NCBI GenBank assembly: GCA_004764695.1 | Contig: SMSO01000032.1 | Span: forward strand, 7,844,483-7,908,482 | DNA from: Schizochytrium sp. TIO01 | Lineage: Eukaryota > Protista > Bigyra: Labyrinthulomycetes | Direction of reading: 5' to 3' | Length of the DNA: 64,000 nt | The notes under the pieces: generated by a model | The model's input: only the letters and a program-made list of their open reading frames with translations | Databases searched by the model: none | Told to the model about the DNA's origin: nothing | Shown: piece after piece, positions 9,868 to 20,801 of the stretch | How the letters are laid out: each line of letters begins with the position of its first letter | Numbering within the stretch: position 1 is the stretch's first letter | Program-made: the position numbers and the translations under genes

Positions 9868-12357
9868 ATGATTTATGGGACGATTTGGCAGCTGGTTCTT
9901 GCCTTTTGCTTGTTGGCGTTCCAGCTACCTCAGAGACTAGAAGCAAGTCAGCCTGAGCAACCCCGTGAGAATGTTTCAGCGCATGTAGACTTTGACTTCC
10001 GTTCAAGAGGGACTGCAGAGTCTATTTATGGCCTCATCGAGCGAGTTCTATCCGTGGACAAGTCATGGGCGAAACAAAAGTTCGACCTTGCAATCGAGAC
10101 AGAGATGGAGCCAAATATTTCTCCTCCTTTCGGATTTTATTCAATCTGCGATGGTCTAGATAACAAGATCAAGATCAGAGGTGCGTCAGGGCCTGACCTT
10201 GGATTTGGTGTTGCAACATACTTGCGGAAGGTATATTCAATGAGTTTTAGCTGGAATCGTACAGGAGGTCACCAGACAGATAATCTGAATAGAGATTTGC
10301 AACTACCTTTGCGAAAAGTTGGAGCATGCATCAATGGTGAACGCGCGGTGCAAATCTCATATTTCAATAACGTTGTGACTTTCTCCTATTCTTATGTTTG
10401 GTATCTTTTTTCAGAATGGTCCTATCTTCTTGATTGGATGACGCTCTCAGGAATTAACCTCTCAATCGCTTATACCGGACAAGAGGAAATATTTCGTAAG
10501 GTTTTCAATTCGTTTGGAATCACCAACCTCGAGTTCTCATCTTGGACCAATGGAATTGCATACTTAGCTTGGTCACGAGGCCAGCGCCTACATGGATGTG
10601 GTGGTGGCTTGCAATTAAAAGTGATGAAGCAACAGTGGAATCTTCAGCGCCAGATACTCAAGAGAATGCGTGAGCTTGGTATTGTTGCTGTCCTCCCAAC
10701 ATTTCAAGGAAATATGCCATCCTCTATGCGAAGCCTATTCCCGAATGCAACCATATCCAGAAGTGGAGTTGCTTGGGTTGACGGAACAGATCCGCTCTTT
10801 CAAGAAATCCAAACACGTTATATGGATGTGCTATTGAGAGATTTTGGAACAGACCACTGGTACGAGACTGATGGTTATTTCAATTTTGCCCCCGAGCCTT
10901 GGCTTAAACATACAGAAAACATGCAAAATAACCAATGCAAGTATAATGTTGCTACAATGGCTAACAGTACCATCAGTGCCCAATCTAACTTTCGTCTCTC
11001 GGATAGTTTTTCTGAAGAAGATGGCTTCCAACATGCAACGAGCGTGTACCAATCGATGGTGTCCAGAGATCCCAAAGCTGTGTGGCTTTATCAAGGTTGG
11101 GTATGGAGAGGCTGGGGGAAAGATCGCTTACCGTATATGCGCGGGTTCGAGCGAGGCTCTCCAACTGGGCGTTTTGTTGTTTTAGATATGTTTGATGAGA
11201 TTCATTCTGAGTGGGACAAATTTGATTACTTTGCTTACTTTCAACGTCCATACATCTGGAGCACGCTACACAACTTTGGAGGAAATCTTGGGCTATGGGG
11301 AGATATGGACTTACTCGAGGCTGCACCTCGTATTGCCGTTCAGAAAACAACTTCTTTGGCTGGAGTTGGCGCTGCGCCTGAAGGTATTGACCACAATCCA
11401 GCTTATTACAACCTTCTCTTTGACATGCCTTGGCGTCTAGCCTCTACGCCATTGCAAGGTTCCACCGCTCAGGAGCGAGTGTCCACTTTTCTGAGAAGCT
11501 TCGCTGAGCAGAGATATGGTGTGGAAGATCCTGATGCAACACAAGCCTGGGCACTTCTCCATGAAACTGTTTACGGAGCTTTAAATGAACCTCTTATTCG
11601 CTCAAGGGAATGGTTGTCAGAAAAGTCCTCTGATGGAGTCACAGCATTGGCTTATGGCGGATACTTCAACACTCCGTATAAAACTTGGTTTTCATTGCCA
11701 AAGGTGGCTAAAGCATGGCAATTGCTACAGCAAGTTGCTGCAAGACACGAGACAGTGCCTCGGACACTAACCTACGATTTAGTCAATACCGGTCGCGAAG
11801 TTCTTTCGAAACTTTCTAATGAGCATTTCTTACAGATGACAAACTCTTCTTTTTCAGATCAAGTTAGAATCAGAGCTGGGCAAACACTTCGATCAATCCA
11901 GCAAGACTTGGATGAACTCCTGTGTACCGAAGCTTCATTTTCTCTACAAGAAGTTCTCAACAAGGCTGAGGCCCTTGCCAAGAATATTGACTCAGAAGAT
12001 CTCGAGCTACTTGAGGTTTTTTTAATCCAAGCACGCTCTCAATCTACTACATGGGGCCCACAGCTCCCGAACGCTAGTAAACCTGATTCGACAAATCTTG
12101 ATTATGCCAACAAGCATTGGGCTGGGCAAATAGACGGGTTTTATACAATTAGAACGAATTGTTACTTGGACAACCTGCACTCTAAGTCTAAATTTCAGCA
12201 TTGTGTTGCAAATGGTTCTTACTTGTGGACCCACCGAATAGACAAGAAATTGAAGTGCTCGGAATCACTTTCAAGAAATACCTCCAATGCAGTCAAAGTA
12301 TCTGAAATGTTGCTTCGGAAATATCTAAACGATCATGTGTATAATGTTGTTCTGTAA
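9868..12357 (+). CDS. NAGLU: GH89 alpha-N-acetylglucosaminidase (NAGLU)-like protein with signal peptide
   Basis: Signal peptide; motifs NVVTFSYS, DWMTLSGINL, QRQILKRMRELG, FGTDHWY, DPKAVWLYQGW, LHNFGGN, APEGI, YDLVNTGREVL and DYANKHWAG. Confidence 0.9.
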   Translation: MIYGTIWQLVLAFCLLAFQLPQRLEASQPEQPRENVSAHVDFDFRSRGTAESIYGLIERVLSVDKSWAKQKFDLAIETEMEPNISPPFGFYSICDGLDNKIKIRGASGPDLGFGVATYLRKVYSMSFSWNRTGGHQTDNLNRDLQLPLRKVGACINGERAVQISYFNNVVTFSYSYVWYLFSEWSYLLDWMTLSGINLSIAYTGQEEIFRKVFNSFGITNLEFSSWTNGIAYLAWSRGQRLHGCGGGLQLKVMKQQWNLQRQILKRMRELGIVAVLPTFQGNMPSSMRSLFPNATISRSGVAWVDGTDPLFQEIQTRYMDVLLRDFGTDHWYETDGYFNFAPEPWLKHTENMQNNQCKYNVATMANSTISAQSNFRLSDSFSEEDGFQHATSVYQSMVSRDPKAVWLYQGWVWRGWGKDRLPYMRGFERGSPTGRFVVLDMFDEIHSEWDKFDYFAYFQRPYIWSTLHNFGGNLGLWGDMDLLEAAPRIAVQKTTSLAGVGAAPEGIDHNPAYYNLLFDMPWRLASTPLQGSTAQERVSTFLRSFAEQRYGVEDPDATQAWALLHETVYGALNEPLIRSREWLSEKSSDGVTALAYGGYFNTPYKTWFSLPKVAKAWQLLQQVAARHETVPRTLTYDLVNTGREVLSKLSNEHFLQMTNSSFSDQVRIRAGQTLRSIQQDLDELLCTEASFSLQEVLNKAEALAKNIDSEDLELLEVFLIQARSQSTTWGPQLPNASKPDSTNLDYANKHWAGQIDGFYTIRTNCYLDNLHSKSKFQHCVANGSYLWTHRIDKKLKCSESLSRNTSNAVKVSEMLLRKYLNDHVYNVVL

Positions 12358-13281
12358 AACTTTTAAACATGGTGATTTCTTTGGATCCTATAGTTTGAAA
12401 GTATTCCACACGTTTGGAGCTTCTATTACCTCCGGTTTAAGTATCTCCTATTGGTTTTGGCAGCCCCCAAAGTCGATGTTGTCATATCATGGTACCTCTC
12501 TCCTTCAGTTGTGTTGCGGTTCGAATCAAAGCACCTCATTAAAGTCTTTGTGCTCGTGCTTGGACAATGAATTCTTCGTAATTGGGAAGAAGAGATGATC
12601 TTCGTGTAATTGAAGGAACAGTGAATGTAAAAAGTCAAAAATAGTATTATGGATTCCCTTAAGACTTTGTATTCATGCACTATTTTGGATCTGCTCCTTG
12701 TTGCTAACGATTTCGTAAAGGGTCTTTTGGAGGGGTGACTTTGGTTTGACAGGTATCATTCATGTTGTTGTAGGTGGTGCTTTGAAGATGACCGATTTTA
12801 GTTCGTGTATAGCTTGGATGTATTTAACTGACACCAAATCAGCTATATTGCCTCCAAGTCATGTTAACGCTACAAGATATCTCAGAAGTAATCATGGTCT
12901 GAAGAACAATGCAATGTATAGGTATTTTATAATTTATTTGTTTAAATCCTAGCTCTCTCAGAAAACTTTAAAGTATATTATCAGACGCTATTGAACTAAA
13001 TAAAAATTAGTACATGTTTTATAATGATTTTACCCATGTCATTTAATAAATTGCCTGGCGAAGCCATAATTTACATGGAGACACAAGGTTTACCTTTTTA
13101 ACTTCAAGATGATTGATTACTTGCTTGCTATCATCATGATTGTCCAGAATCCAGTGGTATACTAAATTCGTAATCACTGCACCTGCGCTAGAACGGTTTG
13201 TTGAAGGCGAGGCGCAGAGTTCTGAGCAAGTCAGAGGAAGCAGGCATTTACTTAAAGAGTACACGAAGGTGAGCGACCATC

Positions 13282-13692
13282 ATGTTTGCAGCAGGTAGAC
13301 AAACTGCAAGGAGCGCAGTGCCAATCGTGCGGCTCTGTTTTCGCGAAGCAAGCACAAGCACAAACGAGGCCAAGAAGCCACGTAGCGGAGCAAGCAATGC
13401 ATCACAAATCGTGTGGGCCACTCTTGTGATGGCTCTCGGGATTCAGGTCGCTCAGAAGACGAAGCAAATGAAGGAATGGGAAAAGGAGCGCGAGGAAGGA
13501 CTCGAGCAAATCAAAGATGCGAACAAGCTTCGCGAGGATCATATTTCTCGTGTGCGTGACCTTGTTCTAGCTGAAGATTGGATTTCTGATGCTGCAGAGG
13601 CTGTAAAATCAAGCTCCACTCCTGAAGAGACTCTCCGTCTCAAGGTTCGCACAGTATTTGACACTGTTGCGCTCCGTCTTCAAGGCGAATGA
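13282..13692 (+). CDS. Small putative mitochondrial membrane protein (presequence, TM, coiled coil)
   Basis: 136 aa; ACCATCATG start; R-rich N-terminus; hydrophobic IVWATLVMALGI; charged helical tail. Confidence 0.7.
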   Translation: MFAAGRQTARSAVPIVRLCFREASTSTNEAKKPRSGASNASQIVWATLVMALGIQVAQKTKQMKEWEKEREEGLEQIKDANKLREDHISRVRDLVLAEDWISDAAEAVKSSSTPEETLRLKVRTVFDTVALRLQGE

Positions 13693-15081
13693 ACCAACTG
13701 CAGCATGGCCCAGTATTACTTCCGGAGCCTTTTCTGCCTCATGGAAAGCAATGAATTACATTAGATTTACTAATTCAGATATTTGTACAACCCACCTTAG
13801 CATACTTAACCACGGTCCGTGGCATTCATACCTTGTTCACACATATGATTTTGTTTTTTTTATGTTCCTTAGTTCTATAATCAAAATACATATCAAAAGC
13901 AATCACTAGGTGTAAAAAGCTTTATTCTTGCGTACTCAAAGTGTTGAACTAGACAGGTCATCTTCAGTGAAGCCTTACCCTGGCATGCACGAGGATATTC
14001 GATGATCTGGGAAAATATTCAAGTTTCTACTTGTACTAGAAAACGTGCAGCCAAATGTGAGGAGGCTAAGACACATTCCTCGTCTACAAATCTTGCAGGA
14101 CCACTCTTGCACTATACGTTCTTGGGTCCTTCTCGCGTTGCATTGACCTGCCGGAATAAATTTGCAGATTACAAACAGTCACGCCGGCCTTTAATTCTGG
14201 GAAAGGGTCGCTTCATATGGTCACCTAAATGAGAATTACTCAAGGATCTTGGTAGTCCATCTCAAAATGATCGTGTGCTTCAAGCCTCTGTCTTGTCAGC
14301 TTGGAAAGGATTACCTAGTTTGTGGAAAGTCGGACAAGCCAATTACTAATGATATTCTGGATTTCTTTTAGTCAATTAGTAGGAGTTCCATCTTCAATAA
14401 ATTCAGCTTCGTTGAGAACGTTTCGGACCCGATCCCCTTGTGCCTTGATTTGGTTTGGTGCCCCCCAACTCAACCCCAAGATCACGTTACGAACCTTTTG
14501 ACTCTTCCGATATTTCGTCAATAAGTAAATAATTGTACCACATAAAGTGGAGCCCGCAGCGAGCTTTAACTCACTCTAAGGCAAATCATCACTTACCCAT
14601 TTTCGCTGATTTGTAGGCTGTGAATGCGAAGATATGGGAATTAATGGGAAAGAGCTGAAATAATGGCGTTGCCACTGTATTGGAGCGCCCTCTTCGTCGA
14701 CATTATGAGCGACTTCTTGGAAATCGTCAATTGTAAATTACATATGCTATCAGATGTTATTGGTAAGGAAACTATGAGACATGTAAGATAAATTTGCATA
14801 GTCCATTACAAACTGACCATGATAATTAGGACCAGTGATAAATAAGAGCTAGTCATTGCTTAGATTGCACAGTTCTGGTAGAGAGCAGATCATCCCAAGT
14901 ACCAGTTATAGCCTTATCTTCTGGACAAAACCAAAAGAAATTCCGTTTGCTTCTGTAGAATGTAGCTTGGCAATATAGAACTATTCGGATTAGCAATCAT
15001 CACTCTCATACACAGTACCAGTCCTTTTATTTAGGTGAATGAAGCTACAAATTTCAAAGCAATGTGAAACTTAATTCATTT

Positions 15082-18000
15082 TTAAGATTTATTACGAGGA
15101 GGTTCAAATAGACACTTGGAAAAATACTCTGCAACTGTCGAAAATCCATCAGGCGAGATCTCAAGTTGGTTGAAGAACTCTTCATCCACGTGTTCTGCGT
15201 TTTGACGAAGCTTAAACATTATATCTGCTACAGCATGTTGCTCATTGACACATTCTGGGTCTTCAAGCATGCGATCATGCGGAGCAGGACCCGGGAACTG
15301 GGAGGTCGCAGCTGCTGCTGCATCAGCAGCTACCTTTCCACCTGGCAGGTCATTCAGGTTATATGAATGACCGCTCAGGAAGTGCACAGTTGGTAATTCT
15401 AGAGGTACGCCGTTGGATGTATATTTGGTATTAGTGAAAACCTTCGGTTGGGTACGAAGCTGTTCAACCTCCTGCTTCATTTTTTCTGTATCTTTGCGAA
15501 GGTGCTGAATATCTTTAGATAGCTCTTCGATCTGATGCTGAGAAACGTCGAGTTGGCTCCGAATATATGGCCTAATCATCGAGAGTCGAATATTTGGATT
15601 CGAAGAAAGGGTTTCCACCACCACGAGAGGAGGAAGAATTCGAAACCGCTCAATCTGCTTAAGTACTTCTTGTAAATCCTTCTCTACGGAAGAATTGGAG
15701 CCTTTATCAACTCCTTCATTACTACTCTCCTCGTACTGAGAGGCAAAGTATTGCAATACCTGCATCCACAAATTTGGATCTTTCGCACCATATGCCTTGC
15801 AGTTCGTAAGGATTGCAGCGCTGTCACCTACTTCCATGTAGTGCCGAATAAGCATATGATACATGTGAAGACGCTCATAGAGGAACAAGAGACCGCGTTG
15901 AAACCCTGCCGACTGAACTAAGACTAAGGCGTGGTGAGGATCATACGAAGCATTTGGGTTTTTTAGGACACTCATTGCGTTTTGTTCAGCCTCGTCTCGA
16001 GCCTTCGAGTCTGAGGTACTCCGTGAGGACAACAAGAGCTCTAGATAAGTATTCCAAATTGCCGGTGTTGCAAGTTGGCCATGTCGCTCTTCCACAACTG
16101 CTTCTAGAAAGCGTTCTAAGTGTGCTCGATGATCCACAAATATATGTATGAAATCTTCTGGGTGCGGAAGCTCAATGACTGTTTCATGATGCCTTTGCAT
16201 ACCGTCCCATTCGTTTGGAGTGCAGCATATCTTCTGGATTGCTGCAGTTGTCGCGTCGGGAAGACGGCGCATCAGGTGTTTGCCATAAGCTTGGAGGTGA
16301 GAGTTTGCAATGCTTACGGGTAAATCCCGTAAATAGTCTAATGCCTGTTCATGCTGGTCTGTTTCTTCAAGAAGGATTTGTAGACATAGGGCGTGTTGCT
16401 TGTGTTCTTTGGCAAGCTGAATAGCGAGGTCATAATAACGAGCAGTGCGAAGCACAGCAACAGCGGCTTGGACATCTATGGCAGCAGTGATTTCCTTGTT
16501 AGAGACAAACTTCTCTAGTTTGTCTTCCATCTTTTGTTTTGTATAACAATTTAGCAGCAGGGTTGTGTGATCACCTGTTGGCGCTTGGGAGGAATTCGTA
16601 TGCAGAGCTTCGAGATAGGTGATGAGGTTTTCAAGCCGTTGAGAGTCAAGGAAACGACGGATTACGTATGAAGGTTCCAGGCGACTGATGGTCTGACAGT
16701 ATTGGACGATTGAATCGTCATAGCTTCCTTTAGCGTACAAATGGTCACCGTAAGTGCGGTGAATGTCCATTATCTGTGCATCATCCACACCTGATGAGCG
16801 TGCGAGAGAGAGGGCAGTAGCATACAAATTACGCTGGAGGAGGTCATCTAACTTTGTTTGAGTATCCTTTTCCTTAAGAAGGAAAACACGTCCAGTGCTG
16901 GTCAGTATAACAAGACGATTCCACTGTTGCGAAACAGCAAGTACGCGACCTGTATCTTCATCGCGAAGAGTTAAGTTAGCTGCAACAAACTTATTGCGAA
17001 AATCATAAAGCTGAACTACATCAGGTGGAACATTAGATGCCATTGAGCTTTCAGTGAGGCCAAGAGCGTTTTGCACACCAAGCGAAAGTCCAGATTTGCC
17101 GCGCGCAACTACCACAAGACAGTTTCTAAACCATGAAACGAAGCGTTTCTGGCCTAAGACAGCATATACTGCCCGTGGGTCATCATATGAGAAAAATTCG
17201 ACCCGATCAGCCTTTGCAGTCACAAATTCTGCTTGGCGAAAGGAGGTGGAAATCGGACTTTGTGTTGAGATAGATGATAGCCCCCGATCTTGAGATTTCC
17301 CAACTCTATCAGTTTTGTCTGATACTGCTGATATTGATCTCGAAGTCCCTCCGTTTGTCCCATTCACAGTATCCGAAACTTGAACGCTCAGGAAAGACGT
17401 GGCCTGTGTATTTGACACAGTTGGAACGGGAGGCAGTGGGTAAGCAACACAAGAACAGTTCATTGCACAGCCCTCTGCATCTAACTCAGGTCCAATTTCT
17501 ACATCTGCGAGACGCGCATTTTTGAGTCCAGGAAAAGATCCTCGTCGCGAAACTGGTCCAGAGGAGACGACAGCATTGGTCTTGTAGGAGCGCAAGCATG
17601 ATTCATTAGCTACCCATAAGTACAATGACCCAGACGCAGTGCGGCAAAAGCCAAGTCCTGTAACAGGGACACTTGGGACAGATGAAGCAGTTTGAATTGT
17701 GGTATACAGATGTCCTTTGTCATGTAAAAGCGAATGCTTCGCATCATCTGTGTTACCAATTCCTAGTGAGCCAAGGGCCGCCGCGTGTGCTCGTGATGTT
17801 GCAAGTTCAACAAGATTTGAAAGTAGGGGCGCTGAGCTGTGAGGATCTGATCTAATAAGGACTACCAAACCATCTGAGAACCCAAGAGCCATCTGAGTAA
17901 GATCTTCAGTAACTTCAAGACATGTCACATGCGGCCATGTGAAGCTGGTGCCCATTTGTGCAGGGTCAGGAACAATCCATCGAGGACGACTCTTTTCTTT

Positions 18001-18456
18001 GATTAAGGCTGCGCCAAGAGTTAGCGACCGAATCAAGGTGAACTTAGCATGTTGCTCAGAAGTTAGATTCGACCGGTCAAGAGGATTGTCTAAATCAATA
18101 CTCCAAAATTTAATTGAGGTGTGCAGTGTACTTTCCGATGAAAAACCAGCAGAATCTGGTCCATCCCCAATCGTGATAGCAACTGGCCGAGTGGCAAGCT
18201 GTTTTAACAGGCTTATGTGCTTGCTGTGAGCACTAACTTGACCTGCAATCCTCATTTTTCGGTCAATTGCGAAGAGTTGGGCATTTTTGTTTGCGACTAA
18301 AAGGAACGGACTTCCTCCCCCTGCCATGCATTGAATTTGTCCAATATCTGAGGCGCCTGTGCCTGAAGGTGCTGGTAAGCCGGGCCCATGGTGCTGTGCT
18401 TCGTGGCTTGGCAAGCTAGTTTCTTCAGTTGCAAAGAAGTTGAACCGCTTGAGCAT
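15082..18456 (-). CDS. VPS11: Vacuolar protein sorting 11 (CORVET/HOPS core subunit)
   Basis: Starts MLKRFNFF (ATG 18456). Motifs YGDHLYAKGSYD, LEPSYVIRRFLDSQR, DHTTLLLNCYTK, LELPTVHFLSGHS and DGFSTVAEYF. Confidence 0.93.
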   Translation of the reverse strand: MLKRFNFFATEETSLPSHEAQHHGPGLPAPSGTGASDIGQIQCMAGGGSPFLLVANKNAQLFAIDRKMRIAGQVSAHSKHISLLKQLATRPVAITIGDGPDSAGFSSESTLHTSIKFWSIDLDNPLDRSNLTSEQHAKFTLIRSLTLGAALIKEKSRPRWIVPDPAQMGTSFTWPHVTCLEVTEDLTQMALGFSDGLVVLIRSDPHSSAPLLSNLVELATSRAHAAALGSLGIGNTDDAKHSLLHDKGHLYTTIQTASSVPSVPVTGLGFCRTASGSLYLWVANESCLRSYKTNAVVSSGPVSRRGSFPGLKNARLADVEIGPELDAEGCAMNCSCVAYPLPPVPTVSNTQATSFLSVQVSDTVNGTNGGTSRSISAVSDKTDRVGKSQDRGLSSISTQSPISTSFRQAEFVTAKADRVEFFSYDDPRAVYAVLGQKRFVSWFRNCLVVVARGKSGLSLGVQNALGLTESSMASNVPPDVVQLYDFRNKFVAANLTLRDEDTGRVLAVSQQWNRLVILTSTGRVFLLKEKDTQTKLDDLLQRNLYATALSLARSSGVDDAQIMDIHRTYGDHLYAKGSYDDSIVQYCQTISRLEPSYVIRRFLDSQRLENLITYLEALHTNSSQAPTGDHTTLLLNCYTKQKMEDKLEKFVSNKEITAAIDVQAAVAVLRTARYYDLAIQLAKEHKQHALCLQILLEETDQHEQALDYLRDLPVSIANSHLQAYGKHLMRRLPDATTAAIQKICCTPNEWDGMQRHHETVIELPHPEDFIHIFVDHRAHLERFLEAVVEERHGQLATPAIWNTYLELLLSSRSTSDSKARDEAEQNAMSVLKNPNASYDPHHALVLVQSAGFQRGLLFLYERLHMYHMLIRHYMEVGDSAAILTNCKAYGAKDPNLWMQVLQYFASQYEESSNEGVDKGSNSSVEKDLQEVLKQIERFRILPPLVVVETLSSNPNIRLSMIRPYIRSQLDVSQHQIEELSKDIQHLRKDTEKMKQEVEQLRTQPKVFTNTKYTSNGVPLELPTVHFLSGHSYNLNDLPGGKVAADAAAAATSQFPGPAPHDRMLEDPECVNEQHAVADIMFKLRQNAEHVDEEFFNQLEISPDGFSTVAEYFSKCLFEPPRNKS

Positions 18457-19154
18457 CCTTTTCAACTTGCGAGACTCCTCTCACCAAAATGCCACTATTA
18501 AGAGAAGGAAGAGTAAAAGTGGAGAGAAGTATCAGAAGGGCGGCAGCAGGACCCACCGCTGCCGCAACGAACTTCACAATATCTTTGCCAACGCAGGTAA
18601 AGCAGTACTGATTTCTGGGTTTATTCAAGATACACTTTGTTATGACAATTGCTGTTATTAGTGTAATGCTTAGTGTCTGCCTAGCGCCTACCATAGGTAG
18701 GCATATCCTTATGAGCACAAAAAGCAAACAATTTAAATAGGCCAGCGCGTATAGAAAAAGATAACATTATCCACAATAGGAACAAGAAGATGTCGAATAT
18801 ATAGATTTTTGAGGTTTTGTAAGGCAATCAAGCTTCTACATCAAACCAGGGATTTAGACTTATAAAATCGTATGGGTATATAAAAACAACGATGCCTTCA
18901 GAGTTTTTTTTTTGCATCTGTAGTTTGTTACCACTTTAGATTGTGCGTAACTATCCTCCGACTCAAGTACTTTCATTTTTCGAAATTAAGATTACAGTTA
19001 ACAGAACCGAGGCATTTCATTAAGCCAGCACATCGCTTCATGTACACATAGATTTAAAGAAAGGCCACATGCAGTGAAAGATTAAATATGTATTGTTGAC
19101 AAAATATACCTAATAACTCGCTTATATAAATTTACATAACTCCCTGTTGTAATT

Positions 19155-20801
19155 TTACCAATTGATCTGGGTTCTTAAAGTTGGCATGAGATCAAGGCAT
19201 GAAATCGACCTTTTCCATGGCTGGGTAGAATTAAGGGCGTACCCGAACGCCTCCATTGCCTTTGAGACAAGGGGCAGCGTCTTTGCGCTCTCAGTGAATC
19301 GAATAGAGTCTTGGAGAGACCATTTACGACCCTCATATGAGAAAGCGTGTGTCCGAAATTCTTCACGAACGAATTCTTCTGTTATTCTGTTCTTAACAAC
19401 GTCATCAGGGAGTGAGAGAAACTTTGATGCTGCATCTAGGCATGCCATATTACCTTGGATGACATCCTCGATACGAAGGACATAATATTGATCAGGTTCA
19501 AGATTTGTGATCGCCCATTTTGCAATGTCGAGGTTCATTCGGGCCCAGAATTCAAGATGTGCTGGTAAAGAATTTGGGCATTTGACTCCTGTATAAGTCT
19601 GACAGAGCCCCCTAAACATTTTTAAGTTGCGACCATTGGCAACGTCTCTTCCATCACGTATAACATGGAAGAATTTAAATTGCTTCCCCAACGCAGCCTT
19701 GAAAAAGGGCAATACAAGTGCAGTCCTTGGGTGTTTGAAGCCAAACAAGCCTGGCAGAAGCTTCGGGTCTACCTTTTTGTCTTCTTTGGCAAGTTGCAAC
19801 ATACTGAGTGAGATGTTAGACACGAATTGGATCCCGAGTTGCCAAAGATTTGGATCTCCGAACTCATCTTTAGAATACCCAATTGATTGGGTACGTTCTA
19901 AAGCTCGTGTATAGAGACTATGCACCTTAATTTCTCTGGTTGAGCCATTGCAATTGTACAACTCAAGACTTGCCATAAACATAAGAGCATCATAGGTGTA
20001 CAACACTGAGTCAGGGAGCCCTGGAAACCTGTAATGGCCCATATCTACGCCAAGTTTACTTAAAAGCATTTGAACCGCACGGGTACCACTGTCGCCTATA
20101 CCTCCAACGATAATGGGTCCTGGGTTTTCCGGCCCTAATGCGAGTCGCAGTTGCTCTTGAATGTTTTTAGCGTAATCATCACAGGCTGAAAACCCAAGAT
20201 CATTCGATTCGTTGCCCGAAGTAAGATCATTTGGTCTAACGCCATCACGTGAAGCTAGTCGGGGTGCATACTTCGATGGTGACATTTTCCATGGCAAATG
20301 AATTGATTGCCATGCTGATACAGTGAGTTGTGCGAACATGATGACCCCAAGAACGAGAAGTACACAAAGTATTTTGAAGCATTTAGACTGCCATAATAAA
20401 ATGGTAGGTCTCTTATTCCGAGCGCCTTCAGGTTTGTCATCTGGTCTATGCCAAAACCATTGTGAGAAACATTCAAAATAACAAACATCAGACACTGTGT
20501 CTTTTCTGAGACTTAGTTCTCTTTTCTCCAAAGAGCTTGCGAACCTGTCATGCACAGAGCAATGGCTATCATTGTGCAGTTGTAATTTCTTAAGGGGTTG
20601 CTTCGCTGCAGAAGGCTTAAAGTCTCCATTTCCCCTAGCAGACACACACGATGATAACCGAGGAGGCGATGGCAAGCTGCACTGCCCTGCTTTAATGTCA
20701 CGTGTTAAATTGTGATTCCCCAAGCAACTCTCATTTGGTGCCAACATTGGAACTCCGCTGATATGTGGCTTACTGCTGAACGCCCATTCTGTGTCGCCCA
20801 T
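19155..20801 (-). CDS. Type II membrane sulfotransferase-family protein (Sulfotransfer_3-like)
   Basis: TM ILCVLLVLGVIMFAQLTV; 5'-PSB-like IIVGGIGDSGTR; GFKHP; 3'-PB-like FFHVIRDGRDVA; LRIED. First ATG at 20801. Confidence 0.8.
   Translation of the reverse strand: MGDTEWAFSSKPHISGVPMLAPNESCLGNHNLTRDIKAGQCSLPSPPRLSSCVSARGNGDFKPSAAKQPLKKLQLHNDSHCSVHDRFASSLEKRELSLRKDTVSDVCYFECFSQWFWHRPDDKPEGARNKRPTILLWQSKCFKILCVLLVLGVIMFAQLTVSAWQSIHLPWKMSPSKYAPRLASRDGVRPNDLTSGNESNDLGFSACDDYAKNIQEQLRLALGPENPGPIIVGGIGDSGTRAVQMLLSKLGVDMGHYRFPGLPDSVLYTYDALMFMASLELYNCNGSTREIKVHSLYTRALERTQSIGYSKDEFGDPNLWQLGIQFVSNISLSMLQLAKEDKKVDPKLLPGLFGFKHPRTALVLPFFKAALGKQFKFFHVIRDGRDVANGRNLKMFRGLCQTYTGVKCPNSLPAHLEFWARMNLDIAKWAITNLEPDQYYVLRIEDVIQGNMACLDAASKFLSLPDDVVKNRITEEFVREEFRTHAFSYEGRKWSLQDSIRFTESAKTLPLVSKAMEAFGYALNSTQPWKRSISCLDLMPTLRTQINW

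Noticed and set aside
12510-12535. GGTTCGAATC T-loop/B-box-like motif
   Set aside because: No cloverleaf or acceptor stem around it, so not a tRNA.
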